Source of the DNA: a virus
Strand: one strand, 5' to 3'
Virus record (IMG/VR): IMGVR_UViG_3300046804_004538
Location: 7,212 to 71,211 of that record
Length of the DNA stretch: 64,000 bases
Below, piece by piece: positions 48,730 through 58,621 of the stretch; the first letter of the stretch is position 1; the number at the start of each line of letters is the position of its first letter. The notes under the pieces were generated by a model. That model was given only the letters and a program-made list of their open reading frames with translations. It was not told the DNA's origin and did not search any database. The position numbers were made by a program, and so were the translations under genes.

Positions 48730-49146
48730 TTATGGCAAAGGTATTTCTTTCCAAGAATTCGTTGGACCATCCCAATAATATTCTTTACCACTAACAGGTT
48801 TAGGTATTGGTGGTACAAATTGGCATGTTTCTTCGTCAAAAGTCCATGCTGAAAAATTTTCTCTGTTTGGTTTGGCGTACCAATCTTCTTTTGCTGTATT
48901 TTGTCTTTCCAATTTTTCTTCTGGAGTCATTTCTCTTATTTGCCAAACATCAGTCCAAACACCATCAACGAACTCATATGTAGGTTCATCGCTTTCCAAG
49001 ACTTCATAAAGTTTCAAAGATGGTGAACTCACCCGAACAAAGGGGTGCCAATTTTCTGGAATTCTACCAAAAGCCTGAAGCAGATTATCTTCTAAAGCTG
49101 GATGATTTACAGTATTTCCATTTTCAACTTGAATATAAAGTTTCAT
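48730..49146 (-). CDS. Putative fibre assembly chaperone
   Basis: W..REMT.EE and W.FDE..C...PP.P.P.....Y.W......W; the C-terminus resembles 2689..3057. Confidence 0.65.
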   Translation of the reverse strand: MKLYIQVENGNTVNHPALEDNLLQAFGRIPENWHPFVRVSSPSLKLYEVLESDEPTYEFVDGVWTDVWQIREMTPEEKLERQNTAKEDWYAKPNRENFSAWTFDEETCQFVPPIPKPVSGKEYYWDGPTNSWKEIPLP

Positions 49147-49166
49147 TTTTTACCCGTTTTAAAAAA

Positions 49167-50924
49167 TTAAGACATTCCTACATTTGTATTTGGAAACAAT
49201 CTAGCACATCCTGGCCAAATAATTCTGACTACACCAGATCCTCCACTTGATTGGCGTCTGTTTGAGCCACTGCCAAATTGTGCAGTTGTGCCTCTACAAT
49301 ATATACCTTGACTGGTGCCACCACCGGAACCACCTTGACCGGCTGCACCATTAGTACCCCCTGCACCACTGGTTCCTTGTCCAAAAATGCCAACACCACC
49401 GCCAGTTCCAGCATAAGCAGTAGGACCAGGAGTTTGGCGACTACCACTACCTCCTCCTCCACCACCACCAGAACCGTTAGCGCCGGCTGGTATACATCCA
49501 GGACTTGTAGTATTACAACCACCATTTCCACCATTTCCAGAATATCCACCAGCGCCACCACCAGAACCAGCGAAACATGTACCTGTACCTACACCAGAAC
49601 CAGTTGTGCCATTACCTCCATTACCACCGCCATCTCCAGTGTATGTGCCGCCAGAAGCAGAGCAACTGATAGATGGAACATATGTATTTCCTCCGCCACC
49701 TTTTACAAAAGTTGGTGAAGAAAAATAAGAATCTTTTCCTAGTATAACTGGTCCTCCAGTCGGACTACAACAAGCACGCCCACCAGCGCCAACAACAACT
49801 GTTATGGAATTTCCTGGTGTAACAGCAACATTGTTTTTATAGCCTAGTCCTCCACCACCTCCACCAGACTTCTGATATCCTCCACCAGAGGGTCCAGTAA
49901 ACCCTGCACCTCCTCCACCAATAGCAAGAATAGAAACGCTTGTTACATTTGCAGGAACAACCCAAGTATAAGTTCCCGCATTTAGATATTGCTGTTCACC
50001 AAAAGTAGCAAAAGAAAATCCAACATTACTATTTGGAAAAGTTCTAGTATCTCCTGGCCAAACGAGTCTTATTGCGCCATTAGCTCCAGGATATCCAGGA
50101 ACACCGTAACCTCCTCCACCAACACCACCTCCATATAATCCTGCTGCTTTACCTCTACCACTGCAAACTGTGAATACTCCATTTGCTCCACTTGAGCCGC
50201 CAGCACCAGGTTGTCCGTCATTTCCAGAAGTTGCTCCTAACGCACCACCGGCGCCACTAGTTCCTTGACCAAAAAGATTCACACCACCGCCGGATCCGCC
50301 GTGTGCATTGTATGCTTGAGTTCCACCACCGCCGCCCGCACCACCACCGGCACCAGCAGAACCAGCAGTACATCCTCCTGCTCCATTTCCTCCATTACCG
50401 GCATAACCACCAGCACCACCGCCACCGCCTGCCCGCATGGAGAAAATAGATGGACCAACAGTTCCATTAACTCCATTTCCTCCATTACCACCACCATCGC
50501 CGGTGTATGTGCCTCCAGCACCACCAAGAGGTGTGTTTCCGGAAACCCCTCCCCCACCTCTCACTACAGTAGGAGCACAAAAATATGTGTTACCCCCGGT
50601 TCCAGTATTTGCAGCGCCGCCAGCACCGACAACTATCGTGTATGACACTCCAGTTGTGACAGGAATATTGTTCTTATATCCTAGTCCTCCTCCACCTCCG
50701 CTGCCGCCATAGCGGGATGGAAAACATGGTGTCAGACTATCACCACCACCTCCTCCACCACCTACTGCTACGACAGAAATACTTGATACTCCAGGTGGCG
50801 CCACCCAACTGTATGTTCCAGGTACAGTGTATCCAGCACCACCAATGGCTGTAAGTACAGGTACGCCCCTGAAGAGTCTGTATGATAAAATTGATGCGGA
50901 ACCCAATGACGCTAATATTGGCAT
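49167..50924 (-). CDS. Glycine-rich adhesin-like protein with two domains
   Basis: Two copies of GTY.WV.P..V.S.S..A(V/I)GGGG...GGGGGLGYKNN..VT.G...R(L/I)(V/I)WPG..R.FP..NVG. Confidence 0.8.
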   Translation of the reverse strand: MPILASLGSASILSYRLFRGVPVLTAIGGAGYTVPGTYSWVAPPGVSSISVVAVGGGGGGGDSLTPCFPSRYGGSGGGGGLGYKNNIPVTTGVSYTIVVGAGGAANTGTGGNTYFCAPTVVRGGGGVSGNTPLGGAGGTYTGDGGGNGGNGVNGTVGPSIFSMRAGGGGGAGGYAGNGGNGAGGCTAGSAGAGGGAGGGGGTQAYNAHGGSGGGVNLFGQGTSGAGGALGATSGNDGQPGAGGSSGANGVFTVCSGRGKAAGLYGGGVGGGGYGVPGYPGANGAIRLVWPGDTRTFPNSNVGFSFATFGEQQYLNAGTYTWVVPANVTSVSILAIGGGGAGFTGPSGGGYQKSGGGGGGLGYKNNVAVTPGNSITVVVGAGGRACCSPTGGPVILGKDSYFSSPTFVKGGGGNTYVPSISCSASGGTYTGDGGGNGGNGTTGSGVGTGTCFAGSGGGAGGYSGNGGNGGCNTTSPGCIPAGANGSGGGGGGGSGSRQTPGPTAYAGTGGGVGIFGQGTSGAGGTNGAAGQGGSGGGTSQGIYCRGTTAQFGSGSNRRQSSGGSGVVRIIWPGCARLFPNTNVGMS

Positions 50925-50949
50925 TTTTTTCTTCCTAATCTTATATTAT

Positions 50950-51801
50950 TTAAGTCCAAGCATAATATGCAATTGCTCCAGAAGCTCCAGCTCCACCCGA
51001 TGTGCTATCACTGCTGGTTGATCCAGCACCACCTCCGCCAGCACCTATTAGCCATGCTTTTATAAAATTTGTTTGTGCCGGAATCGCATAAGAAGTTCCG
51101 GTGGTTACAATCACATTTGTAGTATTGTTAAATTGCAATATGAGCGCACCGTCACCTCCATTGCCACCTGTCATGTTTACTGCGGTATAACCTGAAGCAC
51201 CTCCACCGCCACCACCTAAATTTCCATTTCCACCGTTACCGCCAAAATATCCAGCGCCGCCGCCACCGGAACCAACTCCCGTGCCAGGCAATCCATTTTT
51301 AGCATTTGATGGTACACTACTATTATCGGCTCCAGCGCCTCCAGTTCCTAACACGAATCCGGTGCCGGATAATGCAGCAGACAATCCTTGAAAATCAATT
51401 GCATTTGCGCCATTACTACCAAAAGATGCTCCACTAGGATTTACCACAGAGTTACTACCATTTATACCACCACCCCCACCACCGCCGGCATCACCCGATC
51501 TTCCAAGTCCTGCACCACCTGTAGCGTTTGCCATACCTCCAGTGGCGGTTCCACCGGTGGAAGCTACTCCGGTATTGTAAAAACCTCCACCGCCTCCACC
51601 GGCAGTAAGGCTTACTCCAGAATAAGAAAGTGTGCTATTGCCACCGTTAGAACCATTATTTGTGTTGACACCTCCACCACCACCCGTTCCCAAAGAATAT
51701 GTGATTGATCCAGTATATTTTCCTGTTGGACCACCGCTCACTGCAATAAATTGTCCAAATCCTCTTGCTGAACCAGAAGCAAATGATGAAATCAGAGGCA
51801 C
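50950..51801 (-). CDS. Glycine-rich adhesin-like protein
   Basis: GTG start; MPLISSFASGSARGFG N-terminus; poly-Gly runs. Confidence 0.75.
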   Translation of the reverse strand: MPLISSFASGSARGFGQFIAVSGGPTGKYTGSITYSLGTGGGGGVNTNNGSNGGNSTLSYSGVSLTAGGGGGGFYNTGVASTGGTATGGMANATGGAGLGRSGDAGGGGGGGINGSNSVVNPSGASFGSNGANAIDFQGLSAALSGTGFVLGTGGAGADNSSVPSNAKNGLPGTGVGSGGGGAGYFGGNGGNGNLGGGGGGASGYTAVNMTGGNGGDGALILQFNNTTNVIVTTGTSYAIPAQTNFIKAWLIGAGGGGAGSTSSDSTSGGAGASGAIAYYAWT

Positions 51802-51807
51802 AAGATT

Positions 51808-52440
51808 TTATCCTAAACCAAAGAGTGTATTCGCAGAAATGACGGTGTAAGTATTTGCTGCGGTCTTGAATATGGAATAACTGAATAGATTGATTTCCGC
51901 ACTTGAAATTGACACGTTTGCTGGTCGTGTGTTTCCAGCATAGTATAATGTTTGTGTTACACCGTCAATTGCAAGGTTTGCTTGATGTCGCACAGTCCCA
52001 TGCTTGACCGCAATGGCCAATGAAGTTGTCTCACCAATTGTTGTTACTGAATCAAATGTGTTCTGTGTATTTGCACGAATGTTGAATGTTACATTTGCGG
52101 TTGTGTTGGCATTGAAGAAAAACACGGTGCTATTCGCAACATCAATATTGACATTACCACCAATAGCAATAGAATTAATGTTTGCTTCTTCTAGAACTCT
52201 TGTGAGAGAGATACTCAGATTGCTGGCCAAAACGTTGCTGGTAATTTGACCAGCAACAATGTTGTTGCCACGAATAGAGTTGGTTGATATGTTATTACCA
52301 GATACGGCACCAGAACCTATTTTGGAACCGGTGACGGCTTGATCGGCCAAGTCAACACTGACGATAGTGCCGTTGGCAATTCCGACGTTGGTGACAGCAT
52401 TCGCAGAGATGCTGTCAACAGTAATTTTGTCTAAAGGCAT
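51808..52440 (-). CDS. Fibre stalk/adaptor protein
   Basis: Has the same SIRGNNIVAG.IT.N repeat as 5726..6328 and 11835..12503; C-terminal ..Y.I.KTAA.TYTV domain. Confidence 0.75.
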   Translation of the reverse strand: MPLDKITVDSISANAVTNVGIANGTIVSVDLADQAVTGSKIGSGAVSGNNISTNSIRGNNIVAGQITSNVLASNLSISLTRVLEEANINSIAIGGNVNIDVANSTVFFFNANTTANVTFNIRANTQNTFDSVTTIGETTSLAIAVKHGTVRHQANLAIDGVTQTLYYAGNTRPANVSISSAEINLFSYSIFKTAANTYTVISANTLFGLG

Positions 52441-52458
52441 AGTAGTCTCCTATTCGCT

Positions 52459-52466
52459 TATTTATA
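52459..52466 (-). promoter_or_regulatory. T4-type late promoter
   Basis: Exact TATAAATA upstream of an AGGAG SD and ORF 51808..52440. Confidence 0.85.
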
Positions 52467-52483
52467 CGAACAGAAGACTTGAC

Positions 52484-52699
52484 TTATCCTTTGAGTAGTT
52501 GCTGTCCTTCAGTACGCAGGTCTTCTTCAAATTCCTGCATATTTAATCTGGCCAATTCTGAACGCAGACTTTCCAGTTGAACTCTATCCACATTGGTTTC
52601 AGCAATCTTGTCTTCAAGTTCACGTATGCGTTTTCTGATTTGTTCTTTATAAGACATAATCTTTTTCCTGCTTGAGTAAGCGGTACAGAGACTTGTCAT
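52484..52699 (-). CDS. Small coiled-coil hypothetical protein
   Basis: ORF track call; the true start is probably the internal MSYKEQ. Confidence 0.55.
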   Translation of the reverse strand: MTSLCTAYSSRKKIMSYKEQIRKRIRELEDKIAETNVDRVQLESLRSELARLNMQEFEEDLRTEGQQLLKG

Positions 52700-52810
52700 G
52701 ATGCTTTTGATTCTTCAATTGTTGACTCTCATACTGCTCACGGTTTTTATGAAATTTAGTTTTCTTCGGTTTTTGAAATTTCTTACCGCCAGACAACATA
52801 TTTATTGCTC

Positions 52811-53353
52811 CTAAAAGATAATATCTGCAATTTCATATTCTACCAACTCTTCTGCCGTCAACCAAACATCGGTTGGCCGCAGAAACTTGGATTTCACATC
52901 TTTAACCGACAGTTTTGAACAGTCGGAAAGAATCTTTGCCATCTTGTGATGGTACCTGTCACACTCTTTAGCATATGCCCGCATGTCATGATACTTACCA
53001 CCCATTTCATCATTGAACTGGTGAATCATCACGGTCGTGTTCTTACCAATCGCACGATAGCCTTTTTCACCAGCAGCAAACACCACAAATGCCGCACTCA
53101 TGAGATTACCATATGCAAGTGTACGAACGGGCAAGCCTAGGCCTAACATCAAGTCGGCCAATCCAATCGCATCACCTAGATTACCACCTTCTGAGTTAAT
53201 GTGTAGCGTCAGTGGCTTTTCAATCTTGTTGAACTTTGCATAAAGCAGCCAGCGTGATGCAGCCTCAATATTTGTAGGTTCAATGCTACCAGACAAAAAG
53301 TGTGCATAGTGTTCAAACTGTACTTCTTGTACTTCGTTCTCTTTGTCGCTCAT
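52811..53353 (-). CDS. clpP: ClpP-like protease subunit
   Basis: L.INS.GG, G..MSAA (Ser), MIHQ (His), TD.WL.AEE...Y.IAD.I (Asp): the triad appears intact. Confidence 0.88.
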   Translation of the reverse strand: MSDKENEVQEVQFEHYAHFLSGSIEPTNIEAASRWLLYAKFNKIEKPLTLHINSEGGNLGDAIGLADLMLGLGLPVRTLAYGNLMSAAFVVFAAGEKGYRAIGKNTTVMIHQFNDEMGGKYHDMRAYAKECDRYHHKMAKILSDCSKLSVKDVKSKFLRPTDVWLTAEELVEYEIADIIF

Positions 53354-54305
53354 ACCAATTATATGCCGTTCTCAAAATAGATTTTAAATCGTGCTTGGGT
53401 TTGAAATTTAGATGTTCTTTGGCGGCATCGGAGTTGGCGACTAGCCTTCGTGGGTCACCTTCTCTTCGTTTACCGATTGTGTATTGAATTGGAACTTCTA
53501 GTTCCTGTTTAGCAGCATCAATCACTTGTAGTACAGTATAACCTTTACCAGTGCCTAGATTGAATAAACTAGGCTGATTTTTTCCTTTTTTCTGTAAATA
53601 TTCGTCAGCCAGAAGATGTGCTTCTGCAACATCAGACACATGAACATAATCACGAATGCAAGTGCCATCTACCGTTTGATAGTCGTTTCCATATACGATG
53701 AACTCTTCGTTATTTAGACTTTTGAACATTAGTGGAATCAAATGCGTTTCTGGTTCATGGTCTTCACCCATCTCACCATCAGGATCAGCACCCGACAAAT
53801 TAAAGAAACGAAAAATAATTGAATTCACTTTCGCATCACGAATCGCACACTCAGCCGCATACTTGCTATTGGCATACGGATTGTTGTTATCTATTTCTGC
53901 TTTCTCAGAGAGGCTGGTAAACTGAGAACGATAAACGCCGGCAGTAGAAGAATAAACAATATTCTTAACATCAAATTCTCTCATTATTTGTAACAGATTA
54001 GTAGTGCCACCAACATTTACTTGCCAATACTTTTCTGGCTTGTGAACAGATTCACCAACTTCAATCAAACCAGCAAGGTGAAACACTACATCAAATTGTT
54101 TTTCATGGACTCTTTGAAAATATTCAAATGTTTCATACAGGTCGTTCAAATTTCTGACATCACCGATTGTGTGATTGTCCCAATACTTTTTATTTTCTGG
54201 AAGCATCAAATCAAAACAGAAAGTATAATACCCTGCTTTTTTGAGTGCTTTCGCTAAATGTGAACCAAGATAACCTGCGCCACCAGTTACTAGTGCTGTT
54301 CTCAT
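53313..54305 (-). CDS. galE: UDP-glucose 4-epimerase
   Basis: TGGAGYLGSH, HLAG...VGESV..P.KY, SSTA, Y..SK, GE.H.PETHLIP, DGTC.RDYVHV.D.A.AH and RR.GDP motifs. Confidence 0.93.
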   Translation of the reverse strand: MRTALVTGGAGYLGSHLAKALKKAGYYTFCFDLMLPENKKYWDNHTIGDVRNLNDLYETFEYFQRVHEKQFDVVFHLAGLIEVGESVHKPEKYWQVNVGGTTNLLQIMREFDVKNIVYSSTAGVYRSQFTSLSEKAEIDNNNPYANSKYAAECAIRDAKVNSIIFRFFNLSGADPDGEMGEDHEPETHLIPLMFKSLNNEEFIVYGNDYQTVDGTCIRDYVHVSDVAEAHLLADEYLQKKGKNQPSLFNLGTGKGYTVLQVIDAAKQELEVPIQYTIGKRREGDPRRLVANSDAAKEHLNFKPKHDLKSILRTAYNWYERQRERSTRSTV

Positions 54306-54811
54306 CTATCTCTTTCTGAAAGAATAGGGTTTTTAATTGGCCAGAAGATATTGAAACGCTCGTCGTTCCACTTCACAGTGTATTGTGAAGCACGGTCATA
54401 GTATTGGTCTAGTTTATAACTGAATACACATTTCTCAGACATCACCAAATGTGCATTGCCATGTTTTGGCGGCAGCAGCACTTGATATCCATTACGGTCA
54501 GATAGTGTAAATTCTTGCCATTGTCCGTATTGGTCAGAATCTTCATCAAGATTAATTACAATTTGATAGATTGTGCCATGTAAACAAGAAACAAGTTTTG
54601 TAGTTCTATCATCACCATGAATACCACGTAAGGTATGACGGCGTGATGTAGATACACTATCAAGAATAAAGTTTACACCTAACTGTGCGTAATTATCTTT
54701 GTGCCATGTTTCAATGTTCGTACCACGATAATCTTCATGCACAGTTGGTTTGATGAGTTTTACACCTTTGAGATTTGTATCTTCAATTATCATTAGTTCT
54801 ACCCCAATCAA
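54302..54811 (-). CDS. rfbC: dTDP-4-dehydrorhamnose 3,5-epimerase (RmlC)-like cupin
   Basis: D.RG...E, S....LRG.H....KLV.C..G, YG.W....LS..N and I.WP...P.LSERD motifs; true start probably MIIEDT. Confidence 0.85.
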   Translation of the reverse strand: MIGVELMIIEDTNLKGVKLIKPTVHEDYRGTNIETWHKDNYAQLGVNFILDSVSTSRRHTLRGIHGDDRTTKLVSCLHGTIYQIVINLDEDSDQYGQWQEFTLSDRNGYQVLLPPKHGNAHLVMSEKCVFSYKLDQYYDRASQYTVKWNDERFNIFWPIKNPILSERDR

Positions 54812-54968
54812 TCTTTAACCAGACACGTTCATGAATATAATGTAAAATTGTCAAAACAATATTAATTATAATTGCAGCATTGAGTCCTGACCATATTGCT
54901 GTAACTAATGTGGCGATAACTCTCCATACAACTGCTCGTACTATCGTTCTTTTATGTGTCTCTGACAT
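54783..54968 (-). CDS. DUF2061-like small membrane protein
   Basis: E...R....A..WR...T....Y.HER.W.KI.WG pattern; start moved to MSETHK. Confidence 0.75.
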   Translation of the reverse strand: MSETHKRTIVRAVVWRVIATLVTAIWSGLNAAIIINIVLTILHYIHERVWLKIDWGRTNDN

Positions 54969-55720
54969 TATCCACTCACAATTGTTATACCAGGTCCAAC
55001 AATATACTCTTCTTTGAATTGCTGCTTCCAAGGAAAGCCATTCGGGTAATTCTTTTCGTTTTCTGCATTGCCTTTTTCAAAGAACTCAGCATTCACAGAA
55101 TTTGGATTACCGTCTAAGCGATAGCACAATGAATACTCTCTTGAGCATGAATAGTTTGGAAAGTATTGTTTTAGCGCATTAAAGAACTGTCTATCAGCAC
55201 CCCATTGACCATACCATGCTGCACCAAGTTTACGTGCAATGTCTGCTTTGATCATGAATGATGATGTGTCAATGTGAAACGCATCTTTATTGAAATAGAT
55301 TGGCCATTGACCTAGCGACTCACAATTATCTTCTGCAACAAAGTTACCTTCTTTGTCAAAAACTTTTCTTAGTGAGTATGCCCAATCAACACCTTTTTTG
55401 ATTCTCTCCACAAGTTTCTCAACGTGATTAGGCTCAAGCCAATTGTCTTCGTCAAGATAACAGATAACATCAGCATTGACAAGAAAACCACATGCAGCAT
55501 ATACACGATGGCCATACCAGCCTTTGCCGACATTTTCTTCCAAACGGACTGTTTTGATTCTGGTTGCATCTTCAAGTTGGTGCCATATTTTACTCTCATG
55601 TTCTTTACCATCAAGAAAAAGATAATGCGTCAGATTGTCATATGTTTGCTCTTCTACAGATTGAACACAATCACTGAGTGTTGTTGCTCCAATTGTCGGT
55701 GTCACTACTGCTACTTTCAT
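54968..55720 (-). CDS. Glycosyltransferase family 2
   Basis: V.VVTPT.....L.....SV..QTY, YLDEDNW..P.H and D..F motifs. Confidence 0.88.
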   Translation of the reverse strand: MKVAVVTPTIGATTLSDCVQSVEEQTYDNLTHYLFLDGKEHESKIWHQLEDATRIKTVRLEENVGKGWYGHRVYAACGFLVNADVICYLDEDNWLEPNHVEKLVERIKKGVDWAYSLRKVFDKEGNFVAEDNCESLGQWPIYFNKDAFHIDTSSFMIKADIARKLGAAWYGQWGADRQFFNALKQYFPNYSCSREYSLCYRLDGNPNSVNAEFFEKGNAENEKNYPNGFPWKQQFKEEYIVGPGITIVSG

Positions 55721-56153
55721 GCCAACTCCTTAATAACCAAGATGAAGAATTCTTTTTGTTGCTACCACCCACACCATATACAAAGTTGATACCGGGCACA
55801 TTTGCTTCTGCGTTGTTTGTTTCATTGCGGTCGCCACCATTCGCAAACCATATTTGATAATTTGAAAGTACGGGCAACACTTGACGGTAATGATCCCTTA
55901 CACGTTCAAGTAAGTCACATGCGGTGCCATCCGAATCATCAAACTCCCACACTTCATCAACCCAACGAATTGATTCTAACACGGCACGGCGTTCACGTAT
56001 GTCCATGAACGGTTTGCCCTTCTTGCGTGTGAGCCATTCATCAGAGTTTAGACCAACGATAAGTTTGTCACCAATACCTGATGCTTCACGCAACAAGGCT
56101 AGATGACCCGAATGAATAGGATCAAATCCACCAGAGACAACAACAATTTTCAT
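55671..56153 (-). CDS. Cytidylyltransferase-like nucleotidyltransferase (TagD/RfaE-type)
   Basis: SGGFDP.HSGH (HIGH motif), LIVGLNSD.WL.RKKG.PF....ER, FANGGDR and K.NSSS motifs. Confidence 0.88.
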   Translation of the reverse strand: MKIVVVSGGFDPIHSGHLALLREASGIGDKLIVGLNSDEWLTRKKGKPFMDIRERRAVLESIRWVDEVWEFDDSDGTACDLLERVRDHYRQVLPVLSNYQIWFANGGDRNETNNAEANVPGINFVYGVGGSNKKNSSSWLLRSWHESSSSDTDNWSNNTQ

Positions 56154-56584
56154 ATAACTAAATCAGGAAATGCTTCTTTTACTAGATTAGCAGTGAGATG
56201 TTTTACCTTGAATTTTTTTTGTAGAACATCAAGTATAATCGCAGCCTCATCTTTGTGTAATGATTCTACCATAACTAAAATTTGTTGCGTAGTCTTTTCT
56301 GCGGTAAAACCTTCAGGACGCATAGGATGATTCTTGATAAACCGATACATCTTCGGCATCTGTGTATCAAGATAAGCATAATTCAAACCAGCAGGTTCTT
56401 TTGCTGGTCGATACCTATCAGGTAGCACAATATCAAATTCTATGGCGGGATTGAATACTAATTGAAGAAAGAAACGAAAACGTTCATCACCCTCACGGCG
56501 TAGAATGTTTATTCGGTCTTGTTTAGTTGTGGCATTTTCAAACTCCTCAAATATTTCGGAGTATAGTTTTTCAGAACTCATCAA
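56150..56584 (-). CDS. Conserved T4-like hypothetical protein downstream of RNase H
   Basis: LE.LH..EA......KK.......LV..AFP pattern. Confidence 0.7.
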   Translation of the reverse strand: MMSSEKLYSEIFEEFENATTKQDRINILRREGDERFRFFLQLVFNPAIEFDIVLPDRYRPAKEPAGLNYAYLDTQMPKMYRFIKNHPMRPEGFTAEKTTQQILVMVESLHKDEAAIILDVLQKKFKVKHLTANLVKEAFPDLVI

Positions 56585-57419
56585 TTACCTCAATTAGATT
56601 TTTTAGTTTGTTTGCAATCATGTAATTCATAAAGTGTTGCTTAGTGTGACCAGCAGCACTTTCATATGTATCTATAATACTTTTCTGAAGTGTTTCTGGC
56701 ACTTTGGTTAAATCAATCATCATTTCGTTGCGTTTGTAATTACGCAACATTTCACCTTCGCAGAAATCCTCTGGTGCTTGATTCAGCCAGTTTATAATCT
56801 TTGCTTCGGTGATTGGCTTTTGGCGTACACCATTGATGATGCTATCGTCAGCAGATAGAATGTTAGGTATACCATCACCTTTATCACCACGAATAATCAT
56901 TTGCTTCAGTTGTACAGTTGGTAGTGGTTCTTTGATGAACTTCTTGAGTATTGGTGAATACTGTTCAACATTGTCAAATCGCTGTAACTGTGCAAAGTCT
57001 TTGTCTGAAGAAAGTATCATTACCTTTTCATGTATTGATTGTCGGATAGCCAGTGTGGCGATAATATCATCAGCCTCAGCAGTGTCAACATCAACGACTT
57101 TGTATGGTGAATGCTCTTTCAGTTCTTCTTTGATTTTATGCAAACACTCAAAGATGGAGTTCCAATCATGACCAGATGCATCACGTGTTTTCTTGCGACC
57201 TGCTTTGTATTGTGGAAAGAATTCTCGGCGCCAGTAATTGCGATTGTCACAAGCAATCACAACTTCAGGACCGTGTGTGGCCTTGAACTTTTTGACATAA
57301 GTGCGAATCACATTCAATATCATATGTCGCACTAGTGCCTCTTCAACCGGTTTCTTAGATGAACCGATTTGTTCCATCAATGAAGAGATGGCCACCTGAT
57401 TATAATCAAAGATTATCAT
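56571..57419 (-). CDS. rnh: T4-type RNase H (5'-3' exonuclease)
   Basis: RHM.LN, D...YWR...FP.YK..R, EADD.I, SSDKDF.QL and GD.GDG.PN.LS.D motifs. Confidence 0.95.
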   Translation of the reverse strand: MIIFDYNQVAISSLMEQIGSSKKPVEEALVRHMILNVIRTYVKKFKATHGPEVVIACDNRNYWRREFFPQYKAGRKKTRDASGHDWNSIFECLHKIKEELKEHSPYKVVDVDTAEADDIIATLAIRQSIHEKVMILSSDKDFAQLQRFDNVEQYSPILKKFIKEPLPTVQLKQMIIRGDKGDGIPNILSADDSIINGVRQKPITEAKIINWLNQAPEDFCEGEMLRNYKRNEMMIDLTKVPETLQKSIIDTYESAAGHTKQHFMNYMIANKLKNLIEVIDEF

Positions 57420-57517
57420 TTTACATGTTGTCCTAGAATTGCCCCTTTGAACAAAAACAAAAAGGCAACCCGTAAGTGAAATTTGAACTTACGATAGTAA
57501 TAACCACGAATTGTCAT
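57416..57517 (-). CDS. 33-aa mini-ORF coupled at both ends
   Basis: MTIRGYYYRKFKFHLRVAFLFLFKGAILGQHVK*; ATGA overlaps with both neighbours. Confidence 0.5.
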   Translation of the reverse strand: MTIRGYYYRKFKFHLRVAFLFLFKGAILGQHVK

Positions 57518-58587
57518 TTTACAGTTCTCAATAATATTGTATCAGCATTGATTCGTCCTGTCAAGGCGCTTTCAACGGCACGAATATCATTTAGCACATT
57601 ACGCAATGCAACTTTACCACCTTTCAACACTTCTGGTATCGTTACACCAGGTTTGCGTAACTTTTTGCTTACCGATTTACTCTCGGCAAAGTTTTGTATC
57701 GTAGAGCCTTTAATGTTTAGACCAGCAGCATCAGCGGCCTGATACACACCTAGTTTACGTGTTTTTACATTATACACCCATAACTGATTTGCACCTATAA
57801 TAGTTTTAGGGTCAATTGACACAAGTTTTAATTCGGCAAAGTCTTTTGCATAATTCATCTTTGCAACAATTTGATCAGCAGATTTTGCCTTGCGTTTGCG
57901 TGGCTTACGGGTTTTAATTGCTTCACCAGCCAGTTTCATACCGTCAACAATTACTTGGTCACAGTATGCTATCAACTTTTTAAGTTGCACTTTTGTAAAA
58001 TTGGAATATGCTTCTTTGACATCAGCATCGGTCGTTGTCAAAACACTATCATATTCTACACGGCGTGTTTTAAAATGTTCAATTACAAATTTTGTATGTG
58101 CATTTTTGACATCCATGCCTGTCATTGTTGCATAAGGTGAAACATTTGCTTTGAACTCAGAAGTTATCAATTCATCAATTTGACCTTCCAATTCTCCGAT
58201 ACATTCAGATGCTTTTCTTTTAATGTGATCTTGAATTGATAATACACTAGCGGTCGTGGTTGTACTTTTAACAACTGTTGTTGACTGTTTGATTTTGTCG
58301 ATTGTCTCATTAAACCACCTAGTGTTGGAATCGTTTAGGACGCCACCTAGACTCACAATCCGACAAATGAATCCGAATGTACTGGACTGTGATTTTAAAC
58401 CGTCCGGCGCTTGGATTTTGAGTTTCTTTTTGAAGTATTCAGTAGCATATTTTGTTGCATCTTTGCTATCACGATTTTGAGCATACCAACTCAGGGCTTG
58501 AGTTAGTTGTGTTTGTGACAACTCACCCGTAAACTTGGGTTCTTTGTTGTTTGATAAGATTGCTTTTATGTCAATTGACCGATTCAT
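57514..58587 (-). CDS. Conserved T4-like hypothetical protein
   Basis: RKPRK.K, L.SI.P..I.GA..LWVYN.K.RKL, KKLRKP and GRIN...I.LR motifs. Confidence 0.8.
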   Translation of the reverse strand: MNRSIDIKAILSNNKEPKFTGELSQTQLTQALSWYAQNRDSKDATKYATEYFKKKLKIQAPDGLKSQSSTFGFICRIVSLGGVLNDSNTRWFNETIDKIKQSTTVVKSTTTTASVLSIQDHIKRKASECIGELEGQIDELITSEFKANVSPYATMTGMDVKNAHTKFVIEHFKTRRVEYDSVLTTTDADVKEAYSNFTKVQLKKLIAYCDQVIVDGMKLAGEAIKTRKPRKRKAKSADQIVAKMNYAKDFAELKLVSIDPKTIIGANQLWVYNVKTRKLGVYQAADAAGLNIKGSTIQNFAESKSVSKKLRKPGVTIPEVLKGGKVALRNVLNDIRAVESALTGRINADTILLRTVK

Positions 58588-58621
58588 AATGTCCTCAGAC
58601 CCTATTTATTCATGAAACTAC

